The notes below the pieces were generated by a model that had not been told where the DNA came from, did no database searches, and saw only the letters and a program-made list of their open reading frames with translations. Of a stretch of DNA of 64,000 nt, positions 9,193 through 19,500 are shown one piece after another; within the stretch, counting starts at the first letter, position 1, and each line of letters begins with the position of its first letter. This DNA comes from Candidatus Cloacimonadales bacterium (GTDB lineage Bacteria; Cloacimonadota; Cloacimonadia; Cloacimonadales; JAFGVF01), in the NCBI GenBank assembly GCA_963678315.1, contig OY782781.1:2496001-2560000 (forward strand), given 5' to 3'. A program made the position numbers and the translations under genes.

Positions 9193-11086
9193 GTACGATA
9201 GTGATATCTAACTATCTGTTAGGTGAAAGTCCTAACCAAATCTTACATCAGAGATTTGTAATTGAATGTAACTGCGTAACCGTGAGGTTGGGTGGGGAGT
9301 AACAGGAAATGAAAGACCAGTCCGTAACATTAGTGAACTCGTTTCGGCAGCTAATAGTGTTGAGCCTCCGATCGCAGGGCGAAAACTGATGATGATAAAG
9401 AGTTTTATCATACACCTGATAAACTGAATGATGTGATAAAGTTATATCAGGACTTTAGATGTGGTAGGAGATGGAATGGTAAGAAGTTAGTTAGAGGTAA
9501 GCTATGAGACCTGAATATAGGTTTAGAGATATATTCAGGAGTCAGAGTTCTCATAGTAGTGATGATACTTAGGACAGCATAACCTAAGAGTAGCGAAGGG
9601 GAACAGGATAATAAAATTTTGAAAGGAGAAACAGATGAAAGAAAAATGTTCGACAGTGTCAAAAGAGACTAAACAAGAACAAGAAGAAAACTCACAACTA
9701 AGATTAGAATGGGAGTGGACAGAATCATCTGTCTGGACAGACAAAATGTTGACAGCTCTCCAAAGGGGAGTCAAAGGTGGCAAATGGTTTAGTTTAATAG
9801 ATAAAGTTTATTCAAAAGCTAATCTGTTATCTGCATGGAAAAGAGTAAAAGCTAATAAAGGTAGTGCTGGAGTTGATAAGATGAATATTTCTCACTATGA
9901 GAAACATCTCGAACAAAGGCTACAAGGCTTAGCTAAACGCTTAGAAATGCAGGAATATAAGCCAAATGCAATTAAAAGGGTAATGATTGATAAACCTGGA
10001 AGTAAGGAGAAACGACCTTTAGGTATTCCAACAGTTGAGGACAGAATAGTTCAAACAGCAATAAGGAATGTAATCGAACCAATATTTGAAATAAATTTTT
10101 CAGATAACAGTTTTGGTTTTAGACCTAAAAGAAGTTGCAAAGATGCACTTAGAATAGTGTATAATAACCTTAACCGAGGCTATCGATACGTAGTTGATGC
10201 AGATTTAAAAGGATATTTTGATACAATACCTAAGTCTAAATTAATGGATTTAGTAAAAGAAGAAATATCTGATAGTCGGGTATTAGAATTGATTGAGAAA
10301 TTTCTAAATCAAAGTATATTTAATGGGCTAGATACATGGATTCCCGAAAAAGGAACACCACAAGGTGCAGTATTAAGTCCACTGTTAGCAAACATCTACT
10401 TGAACAAATTCGACTGGTTAATGAGTAGCAAATACTATCAAATGGTAAGATATGCTGATGATTTTATTATCATGTGTAGAAGCCAGAAAGAATCAGAAGA
10501 AGCTCTTGAAATAGTAAAGCAATGGACGGAAAAAGCTGAGTTAATTCTTCATCCTACAAAGACTAAAATTCTTGATAGTATGCAAGATGAGATAGGCTTT
10601 TTAGGTTATAGATTTGTTAAATCTAAGAACTATGAGAAAATAAAGATTTTCTGAAAGTTTCCTAAACGTAAGAGCGAAAAGAAATTCAAGGATAGTATAA
10701 GAAAACATACTAGAAGAACAAATGGGAAAAGCTTAAAAGAAATAATCAAACGAATAAACCGTATAATTCGGGGTTGGTTTGAATATTATAAACATTGTTA
10801 TAAAAGTACTTTTCCAGGTTTAGATGGTTGGATACGACGGTGATTAAGAAGTATTCTTAAGAAATTTGAAAAACGGAAAGGAATAGCTACAACAGGTAGA
10901 GATAATATCAGATACCCAAACAAAATCTTTGAAGACGCTGGGCTTCTCTCTCTAACCGAAACCCACCGTCAATTATGTCAATCTCTACATAGAGAGTAAA
11001 TTATTATCTGGAGAGCCGTATGCGGGAAAACCGCACGTACGGTTCGGAGGGAGGGGTGTCAGTAATGATAGCACCCCTACCCCTAT
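9193..11086 (+). mobile_element. Group II intron (IIA/IIB-type domain V, AGC triad), no endonuclease domain
   Basis: 5' GTACG (GUGYG-like); domain V GAGCCGTATGCGGGAAAACCGCACGTACGGTTC; domain VI ending CCCCTACCCCTAT; removing it rebuilds GCTGGCGTTC|CCAGT, matching neighbouring repeat copies. Confidence 0.93.
9635..10999 (+). pseudogene. ltrA: Intron-encoded reverse transcriptase/maturase with two in-frame TGA stops (10652, 10841)
   Basis: RPLGIPTVEDRIVQ, SFGFRP, DADLKGYFD, GTPQGAVLSPLLANIYL, RYADD; same frame continues with IRGWFEYY..LDGWIRR*LRSIL..YPNKIF to TAA at 10997-10999. Confidence 0.9.
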
Positions 11087-11231
11087 CCAGTGTTTAGCCA
11101 GCATGGAGGCTGGGCGTTCCCAGTGTTTAGCCAGCGCGGAGGCTGGCGTTCCCAACTAGATTTTACTGTCTTTACTCCATCCTTACTTGCCTCCTTGAAA
11201 AATCGGCTTTTTTTCAAGGAGACCAGTAAGG
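11087..11231. repeat. REP-like hairpin copies (GCCAGC..GGAGGCTGGCGTTCCCA x2) plus a long palindrome CCTTACTTG..TTGAAAAATCGGCTTTTTTTCAA..CAGTAAGG
   Basis: Direct reading; related copies at 8914, 9171, 32058 and 56139. Confidence 0.85.
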
Positions 11232-11573
11232 AAGCACTTAGTGTACACTTTATGCACACTTTTTACATTAATATATATAGATTAGCTTGCAGTCAGTTTA
11301 GTCTTTATATAGAATTTGATCCTCATTAAATACCCTACTTTTAATATTGTGCAACTCAGATTATGAAATTAGCTATCTGGAATATTTCATTGCAAACAGG
11401 TAGAGACCTTGCATAGATTAGTAGATAAATAAACACTGAGATACTTATGTTTTTAAAATATGTTGATTAAATAAGTAATAGCTGTTTTTGTCTTGACATA
11501 TAAAAGGTAAATAATTTTATAATTTTATTTAAGTTTTATTTAAGAAATATATATAATAAATATAGGAGATAAT

Positions 11574-14500
11574 ATGAGAAAAACTATTTTATTCATTTTG
11601 TTACTTTCATTAGTTTTCTCGCTAGCTGCTGACAAATTTGTTGATGGTGCATACGAGAGAAATAATATTGTTGTAAGTTTCAAAATGGACACAATTGGAA
11701 ACATTGATGGTACAATCCCAGTAACTTACGACAATGGTATTGTTCAAACTAACATTGAATCATTTAATCAATTCGCAAGAGATTTCGCAGTAACTGAAAT
11801 CAAACAAGACTGTCCTTTCGTAAAAGACAAAGAATGGAACGATAACGGACAATACATTCAATGTATTTATAAAATTACAATTAAAGATCATAACAGAATT
11901 GAACAAGCTTTAGACACAATTCAAAAAAGCAATGATATTAATTGGGCACAATATGTAACTATTAATAGAACTTATTATACTCCAAATGACCAACTTTATT
12001 CAACACAGTGGTTCATTACTCAAACAGAAACAGATCAAGTTTGGGATTTTGTGAGAGATGCTTCTGATGTTGTTATTGGTATTACTGATTCAGGTATCAA
12101 ATGGAATCACCCAGATCTTCAAGACTTGATATTTATCAACCAAGCAGAAATGAATGGCGCTACTATTGATTGGGAAAACGGTACTTTCACAGGTAATGGC
12201 TTAGATGATGATAATAATGGTAAAGTTGATGATGTAATGGGTTGGGATTTCAACGCTAATGGTGGTGAAGACAACAATCCAATGCAGACTTTTGCAGCTA
12301 ACTATCACGGTACACACGTTGCAGGTTGTGCTTCTGCTGAAGGAGACAATGGCATAGGTACAGCAGGTCCTGCTTTTAATGCTAGATTAATTAACTGTAA
12401 AGGTGCTATCGATAATGGAGAATCAAATGGTATTGCTCAAGGTTACCCTCAAATAGTATATTGTGCTGATTTAGGTGCAGATATTATCAACGCATCATGG
12501 GGTGGACAAACTTCAAGTTTATACTATGCAAATAATTACATCAACTATGCTCACAATCATGGTTCTTTAGTTGTTGCAGCTGCTGGTAACGGAAACTTAC
12601 TTCACGGTAACGGTTATATGGATGCACCTGCTGACTGTGATAACGCTTTTTGTGTTGCGGCATTAGAATTAAATGACACAAAGGCTTCTTTCTCTGATTA
12701 CGGTGATCCTATTGATATTTCAGCTCCTGGTGTACAAATTAGATCTACAATCATCGAAAATAATGGTTGGGGAAATGCTCAAGGTACATCTATGGCTTCT
12801 CCTATTGTAGCAGGTATTGCAGCCTTAGTTAAAGCTGCTCACCCTGAACTTACAAACACCCAAATCAGACAACGTATTGAATATACAGCTGATTATATTG
12901 ATGATATTAACGAAGATTATACAAACCAATTAGGTGCTGGTAGAATTAATGCTTACACTGCTGTTTTATATGATTTAGTTCCTAAAATAAGTGTTGTTGA
13001 ATCTGAACTTACTGAAGTATCAGGCGATAATGATGGTGTAGTTAATCCTGGTGATGTCGCAAGTTTAAAAGTTAGATTAACTAACCATCAAGACTTGAAT
13101 ACAGGTATCTCATGGGCAAACTCTAATGATACTGAAGTTACACTAAGATGTGACTATCCTGGAATCGTTATCCAAGATTCTGTTGCAACTATCGGAAACA
13201 TTGTAGCTGGTAACTTTGTTTGGAATGATGATGAGCCTTTCTCATTTACATCATCTTCAGATGTTACTACTGCTCCAATAGAATTTACTCTTCATATTGT
13301 TTCTAATCAAGATGAAGAAATTCCTTACACAAAAGATATTACTTTTGAAATTAGCCTTTCTCTTAGCCATGCTAACTGGCCTTATGCAACTGATAGCCAA
13401 GCTCAATCTGCTCCTATCGTTTTAGATATGGATGGCCAAGCTGGGGACGAAGTGATTTTTGCTGACTTAGCTGGAAATGTTCATGTTCTTAATGGTGCTA
13501 ACGAAGAAATGTCTGGTTTCCCTGTAAATGTTGGAACTCAAGTACTTCTTCCGGTTGCTATTGGTGATTTAAATAACGATGATACTATGGATATTGCTGT
13601 TGTTAATTCAAGCAAAGAACTATATGCTATTGCTAATGATGGTTCAATTATTTATGGTCCTATATCATTAAACAACCAAATGGTAAAAGCTTCTCCAATG
13701 ATTGCTGATATGAACAACGATGGAGTTAATGACGTTGTTGTATGTACTATGACGGGTACACTTCATATCTTCAACCAAGCTGGTGAAGAACATGATGGTT
13801 ACCCTGTTTCATACACAGGTAACTTTGTCTTTAATAATGCTATAGCTGACATGAATAATGATGGTAGCAAAGAAATTATCCTACAAGCAATTAATGGTAA
13901 CATCTTAGTAATAGATTATAATACAACTGAAAATATAGATGGTTTCCCATTTGCTATTGGTGCAAACACTGAAGCTGCTCCTATTGTAGTTAACTTAGAT
14001 GATGATAATTATCCTGAACTATTAGTTACTGAACATTCTTCTGGAATGATATTTGGTGTTGACCATGATGGTTCTACATTGTTCTCACACCAAATGAATA
14101 TCACAATTAAAAAAGATGTTCTTGTTGCTGACTTCAATGGAGATGGTGCTAAAGAAATCTTATTTGTATCATATAATGGTAATGTTGGGGCAATTAACCT
14201 AGATGGTGAATACCTTCCTAACTTCCCACTAGATATGGGTGGTTTCTTAGAAGGAAATATGATTCTAGCTAATCTTGACGGTGACGGACTATGCATGATT
14301 TTTGGTGATGCAGCTGGTTACTTACATGCTATCAAATCTGACACTTCAGAAGCTAATAACTTCCCTATTTACCTTAATGATAACTTAAAATTCACTCCAG
14401 CTATAGGTGATGTTGATGGTGATGATGATTTAGATATTGCTGTTGCTAACATTTCAGGAATGCAATTGTTAGATATGAAACGTAATGGTTATGGTGCTTG

Positions 14501-14861
14501 GACTATGTATAAAGGTAATCCACAAAGAACAGCAAATATGTTTGAAGCATATACAGATGTTGATGACAATGATGTTGCAGTTTATGATAATGGTTTAATT
14601 GGTAACTATCCAAACCCATTCAATCCTGAAACTACTATTTCTTATAATCTAGAAAAATCAGCAGACGTTCAAATCAATGTGTATAACATTAAAGGTCAGC
14701 TTGTTAAGAATCTTGTTAATGACCACAAAGCTGCTGGTAATCATACTGTTGTTTGGAATGGTAAAGACAACAATAATAACAATGTATCATCAGGCGTATA
14801 TTTCTACAAAATGAAAGGTGGAAAATACTCTAAAACAAAGAAAATGATTCTTATGAAATAG
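11574..14861 (+). CDS. Secreted S8 (subtilisin) peptidase with FG-GAP/VCBS repeats and C-terminal FlgD-Ig/T9SS-like domain
   Basis: Catalytic motifs ITDSG, HGTHVAG, AAAGN, GTSMASP; repeated D(L/M)NNDG..E motifs; NYPNPFNPETTI...KKMILMK. Confidence 0.92.
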   Translation: MRKTILFILLLSLVFSLAADKFVDGAYERNNIVVSFKMDTIGNIDGTIPVTYDNGIVQTNIESFNQFARDFAVTEIKQDCPFVKDKEWNDNGQYIQCIYKITIKDHNRIEQALDTIQKSNDINWAQYVTINRTYYTPNDQLYSTQWFITQTETDQVWDFVRDASDVVIGITDSGIKWNHPDLQDLIFINQAEMNGATIDWENGTFTGNGLDDDNNGKVDDVMGWDFNANGGEDNNPMQTFAANYHGTHVAGCASAEGDNGIGTAGPAFNARLINCKGAIDNGESNGIAQGYPQIVYCADLGADIINASWGGQTSSLYYANNYINYAHNHGSLVVAAAGNGNLLHGNGYMDAPADCDNAFCVAALELNDTKASFSDYGDPIDISAPGVQIRSTIIENNGWGNAQGTSMASPIVAGIAALVKAAHPELTNTQIRQRIEYTADYIDDINEDYTNQLGAGRINAYTAVLYDLVPKISVVESELTEVSGDNDGVVNPGDVASLKVRLTNHQDLNTGISWANSNDTEVTLRCDYPGIVIQDSVATIGNIVAGNFVWNDDEPFSFTSSSDVTTAPIEFTLHIVSNQDEEIPYTKDITFEISLSLSHANWPYATDSQAQSAPIVLDMDGQAGDEVIFADLAGNVHVLNGANEEMSGFPVNVGTQVLLPVAIGDLNNDDTMDIAVVNSSKELYAIANDGSIIYGPISLNNQMVKASPMIADMNNDGVNDVVVCTMTGTLHIFNQAGEEHDGYPVSYTGNFVFNNAIADMNNDGSKEIILQAINGNILVIDYNTTENIDGFPFAIGANTEAAPIVVNLDDDNYPELLVTEHSSGMIFGVDHDGSTLFSHQMNITIKKDVLVADFNGDGAKEILFVSYNGNVGAINLDGEYLPNFPLDMGGFLEGNMILANLDGDGLCMIFGDAAGYLHAIKSDTSEANNFPIYLNDNLKFTPAIGDVDGDDDLDIAVANISGMQLLDMKRNGYGAWTMYKGNPQRTANMFEAYTDVDDNDVAVYDNGLIGNYPNPFNPETTISYNLEKSADVQINVYNIKGQLVKNLVNDHKAAGNHTVVWNGKDNNNNNVSSGVYFYKMKGGKYSKTKKMILMK

Positions 14862-14908
14862 TATCATATTAATGCAAAATTAATAATTGATAATTTATAA
14901 ATAATAAA

Positions 14909-14937
14909 GAAGGCTGACCAAGTGTCAGCCTTTTTCT
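14909..14937 (+). terminator. Rho-independent terminator
   Basis: AAGGCTGAC-caagt-GTCAGCCTT followed by a T run. Confidence 0.8.
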
Positions 14938-15621
14938 AATTATTCAAACCATATAAAATGGGGCGAAGCTTTGCTATAAAGCATATAAACTACTCTAATG
15001 CGTTATCAGGGAAAATACAGCCTGGTACTGCTTCTTTAATTGTGTATAAGAGCATTCTTGAGTTAAATCCAGATGATGCATTAGGCTTTATGAAAATAGT
15101 GCAGATTCTTTCAGCAAAATATCTTACAGAATCGAAGCTTGAATAATATATATTCTAGTTGAGATTATGGAAGTTATTCTTGCCATGAGTCTTCGCTAAA
15201 GCTACGCCCTCACAGGAATAATATAGTGCTATTTTTTAAATCCTAGTGCATTATTTGGGTTAAAGCGATTGTAATTGATTTTAAAACGTAAAGAGCATTA
15301 TTGCATGAATAACATCTAAGCCGACATATATTACTTTATTTGCTTATTTTTTAATATGTTATGTAAAAGATACTTGACAATTTACTGCAATCAAAAGAAA
15401 TAGGATATTGTTGCTGAATGAAAATATTTATTCAAATAGGTTAAGTTAGTATAAGTTTATTTAGAATAATGAGTGAAGATTTAAATAAATTATAAATATG
15501 ACTAATCTAAAAAAAATGTCTAAATTTACTTGACATAATATCTAACTTAATAAATTTAAATACTTTATAAGTTCGTAACTAAATATAATAAAAGATACAT
15601 TATTGAGAATAAGGAGAAGAA

Positions 15622-15915
15622 ATGACTAAAGCTGATTTAGTAAAAATTATTGCTAATGATACAGGTATTATTAGAAAAGATGTAAGTGTAATTATTGATA
15701 GCTTCTTCGCTACAACAAAAGATTGCCTTAAAGATGGTAATCACATAGAAATTAGAGGATTTGGTACTTTCAAGTTAAAAACTAGAAAACCAAGAATGGG
15801 AAGAAACCCTAGAACAGATGACAAAATTCCAGTTCCAGAAAGAGTAGTTCCTACTTTTAAATTCTCAAGAGAATTTAAAAACTCTATTATCGACAAATTT
15901 AAAAAACAAAAATAA
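15622..15915 (+). CDS. HU/IHF-family DNA-binding protein
   Basis: MTKADLV, IEIRGFGTF, GRNPRT, P..VVPTFK. Confidence 0.95.
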   Translation: MTKADLVKIIANDTGIIRKDVSVIIDSFFATTKDCLKDGNHIEIRGFGTFKLKTRKPRMGRNPRTDDKIPVPERVVPTFKFSREFKNSIIDKFKKQK

Positions 15916-15927
15916 AGGAGCGTTAAT

Positions 15928-16020
15928 ATGCCTTGCGGAAAAAAAAGAAAAAGACATAAGATTTCTACTCACAAAAGAAAAAAAAGACTTAGGAAAAACA
16001 GACATAAAAAGAAAAAATAA
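15928..16020 (+). CDS. Small basic ribosomal protein bS22-like (AURKAIP1/COX24, mS38 family); not in ORF track
   Basis: Manual translation MPCGKKRKRHKISTHKRKKRLRKNRHKKKK*; AAGGAG RBS; terminator follows. Confidence 0.85.
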   Translation: MPCGKKRKRHKISTHKRKKRLRKNRHKKKK

Positions 16021-16038
16021 TTTCTTTTAGAATAAATT

Positions 16039-16067
16039 TGCCCTCTCTTGGAGAGGGCTTTTTTTTT
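16039..16067 (+). terminator. Rho-independent terminator of the HU/bS22 transcript
   Basis: GCCCTCTC-ttg-GAGAGGGC followed by a long T run. Confidence 0.85.
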
Positions 16068-16170
16068 ATCTACTATTAGCTACTAGCCCTCTCTGCTCTT
16101 CAGGAATAACGTATGGTTATTTTTTAAGTTCTAAGGTATTTATTATTAGGGGGATTAGAATCTTCTTTAA

Positions 16171-16396
16171 TTACAATCCTAGTGTTGGAGTTTGAGTGTA
16201 AGCATCCTCCCTTTAGGGATGAACTCTGTTCATGATTACGCTGAAGGTAAAAGAATTTCGTAAGCTAGAAGCTTACAATCCTAGTGTTGGAGTTGGAGTT
16301 GGAGTGTAAGCATCCTCCCTTTAGGGATGAACTCTGTTCATGCTTACGCTGAAAGTAAAAGAATTTCGTAAGCTAGAAGCTTACAATCCTAGTGTT
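16171..16396. repeat. Tandem ~102-108 bp repeat (2 copies plus start of a third) containing REP-like hairpins
   Basis: TTACAATCCTAGTGTT at 16171, 16273 and 16381; unit holds the reverse complement of the GCGTAAGCATGAAC..GGATGCTTACACTCC module. Confidence 0.9.
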
Positions 16397-16437
16397 AATA
16401 TCTAAGCTGAAAGCTTGTGCACCCAAATTTGAGATAA

Positions 16438-16466
16438 AGAAAAAGGCTGACAAAGGTCAGCCTTTA
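16438..16466 (-). terminator. Rho-independent terminator
   Basis: AAAGGCTGAC-aaag-GTCAGCCTTT; same stem as the 14909 terminator. Confidence 0.8.
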
Positions 16467-16518
16467 TATCAATATTCAATTATGAATTATCAACTATTAA
16501 TTTTGCATTAATATGATA

Positions 16519-19500
16519 CTATTTCATAAGAATCATTTTCTTTGTCTTTGAGTATTTACCAGATCTCATTTTGTAGAAGTAAACACCTGAAGATACTTTA
16601 TTATTATTATCATCTTGACCATTCCAAACAACAGTATGGATGCCTGTAGAATAGCTGTCATTAACAAGTTGTTTAACTTTTTGACCTTTGATATTATAAA
16701 TATCAATAGTAACATCACCAGCATCTTTCACATTAAATGCGATAGTTGTTTCAGGATTGAATGGGTTTGGATAGTTGTTTAGTAATGCATTACCTGCAAG
16801 TTCAACATCATCAGAAGAAATAGGTGTTCCATTAGGAGCAAGAACTTCTATATCATCAATCATGAAGATAAAAGCATCTGAAGATACACACTGGATAGCG
16901 AATCTAACAGTTTGACCAGCATAAGCATTTAAGTCATAAGAATATGAATTCCATGAAAGAGGAGCTTCAACATAAGTATCTCCAGAAATAACTGTAAAGT
17001 CATTCAGATCAGTTGAACCATTAGAAACGAGCACATTAAATCTTTCAAGACCATAAGTATCTGTGATAGATTTAGCCATAAATGAGAGACTTGCTTCTGC
17101 ATCAATTGTGAAGGCTCTTGAGATTAACCAATCGTCATTATCAGGAGTCATTGAAGCAAAACTAGCTAGATACTTTGAACCTGAGCTTGCCACAAATCCA
17201 GCTTCTGTAATTGCAGGAGTAGTTGAAGCTGGGTTGAACACCATGTAAGCCATAGGTAAACCAGCATTATCAAATTCAGTATTTTCAATACCATAAGTTT
17301 GAGATAAATCATTATCTACTAATGTCCAGTTAGCGAAGTCAATTGCGAAATCGTCATAAGCTTCAAAGTCATCAGTAAACAAGGCATCATCTCCACCAAT
17401 AGTAACAGTTACAGAGTTAGAAGGAACAGATTCTACTTGGTCGTACATTGCTGTTACATAATAAGTATAAGTTCCATCTTCTAAATCTTGGTCGTAATAT
17501 GAATATCCATCAACTTCAGCTATCATAACATCATCACGATAAACTTTATGACCTGTAGGGTCTCTATCGATAGTATTTCTTGAATTACCATTAACAACAA
17601 CTTCATTACCTGTTTCATCAACATAAGATTTATTAGTCATTGGTAGTACGAAGACAGTCCATAATAATTCTACACTACCTGAAGGAGTGATATTAGCCTG
17701 TAAATCAGATGGAGCTGGGTATTCAGAGATTTCTAAATCAGCACTATTACGAGCTGAAATATAGTTTCCATCAGTTCTTGAATTAGCAATAGCTGTAATA
17801 TTCAATATTTCTGAAGGGATCTCAGTTCCGATATAATCTACATCATAGAATGTAGCTCTGAAGTTGAAAGTATTAGTATTAGTAGCATTTGCAATTTCAT
17901 AAACTGCACCGTTTTCAAAATTGCCAGGAGTATTGAAGTGAGCATCTTGGATTTTAACTAATCTTGATTCGTATGATTCAAAGTTGTTAGTTAATTCATC
18001 TATTGTAACAAGCTGAGCTTGAACTATATTGTTAGAAGAAGTAGCAGCACCAGGATCTTGTGTAGGTATAAGCTGTAACATGTTGCCATATTCAGATAAT
18101 GTACCTCTTAAACCTGTAATACCATCGCCTACCATATAGGTTGATGTTATCACACCATTATTATCATCAATTAAGATACCAGCATTTGCATCTTGCAAGT
18201 ATTTTTGACCTCTATAGTCTTGTTGATAAGTAAGAATAACTTCACCTGTGATGATGTATTCATCACCACCAACTGTTTGGTTTCTTAGTTCTGCTAAATC
18301 AGCAACTTCAATAACTTGAGCAGCACCTGAGTTAGCTTGACCAGGAGTTCCCCCCATAACAGTTGAAGCTTGCCAGCTACTTGCTAAAGAATTATCAAGC
18401 ATAGGGTCGATAAGTTCTAGTGTAGCACCTGTACCATCAGCTGCAGAAGGCCAATCACCGCTATCTTGATAAATAACTTGATCAACAACATTACTTGATG
18501 CATCAAGAATAGATAAGTCTTCAGAGGTGTTTCCAAGATTCCAATCAAGTACTTCTGTTGCATCTACATCAGGAGTAAATGGGAAAGGTTCTGCTTCTTC
18601 ATGATGATCAATAGCAAGAGTTAAATATCCATTTGCAGGAATAACAACTTCAGCGCCAAAAGTGTATGGAGTGTGTTCAGCATCATTATCAGTAAATGTC
18701 CAACCAGCTAAAGAAACTTCAACATCTGAGATATTATAGAATTCTACCCATTCATTATCCCAACTTGCTGAGTTGTACATAATTTCATTAATAACAATTG
18801 CATTATCAGGAACAGTAGCTTGATCTAAAGCAAAGTTAACTTCAGTATTTGCATCAACATTAACTTGAACATCTGCAGTTATTGCAGTTGCATAACCTGT
18901 AGCTGAACAAGTTACACTGTAAGTATTTACCATAACATCAGCAATTGAGTAGTTACCTGAAGCATCTGTTTGAGCGTTTAATGAACCGATAGTAACTGTT
19001 GCACCTTCGATTGGACTATTATTTTCAGCATCAGTAACTTGACCTGAAATAGTACCATATTCAAGTTCACCAGCTGGTTCAAAATCAACTAAGTTTCTAG
19101 GAATAATTTGAGTAGTTCCATTGAATTGTAAGCATAAAGCAGTAATATTTACTGGACTTACTGGGATTTCAGTACCAATATAATCTACATCAAAAAATTG
19201 AGTTCTTAGGACTAATGTGTTAGCACCATCAGAAAGGTTATAGTTTTGTCCATTAGCAAAGCTTCCAGTTTCTTGGAAAGTAACAGCCATTACTTTAATC
19301 AATTCTGATTCATGGTTAGCTAAGTTATTATTTAAGTCATCTATAGTTAAGACTTGTGCAGTAACTTCATTATTATTAGATGTAGCAGTTCCAGGATCAA
19401 CTGTAGGGATAAATTCTAAGATACCATTATACTCAGTCAATGTACCTGTTAGACCTGTAACACCATCGCCTTCATTATAAGTAGAAGTGATAATACCAAT

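Noticed and set aside
8642..9302. ORFs 8642-8854, 8833-9111 and 9090-9302
   Set aside because: They are translations of the tandem palindromic repeat and the intron 5' end, with no RBS or protein motif.
10652..10843. Selenocysteine or genome-wide TGA recoding
   Set aside because: The positions correspond to Arg/Trp-type sites rather than Cys, and host genes terminate at TGA (42074, 43077).
8691..10999. Diversity-generating retroelement or retron (RT next to near-identical repeats)
   Set aside because: The RT has group II intron motifs and lies within domain V/VI-bearing RNA. Differences between the repeats are not adenine-specific and neither copy is in a target gene.
11090..11329. Short ORF here, and similar ones at 29438-29626 and 56141-56347
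   Set aside because: They run through REP-like repeats or antisense to a real gene, so they are likely spurious.
14958..15146. 62-aa ORF after the S8 gene terminator
   Set aside because: No RBS or recognisable motif; a gene remnant cannot be excluded but is unsupported.
16171..16396. CRISPR array
   Set aside because: Whole units repeat with no unique spacers, and no cas genes are present in the window.
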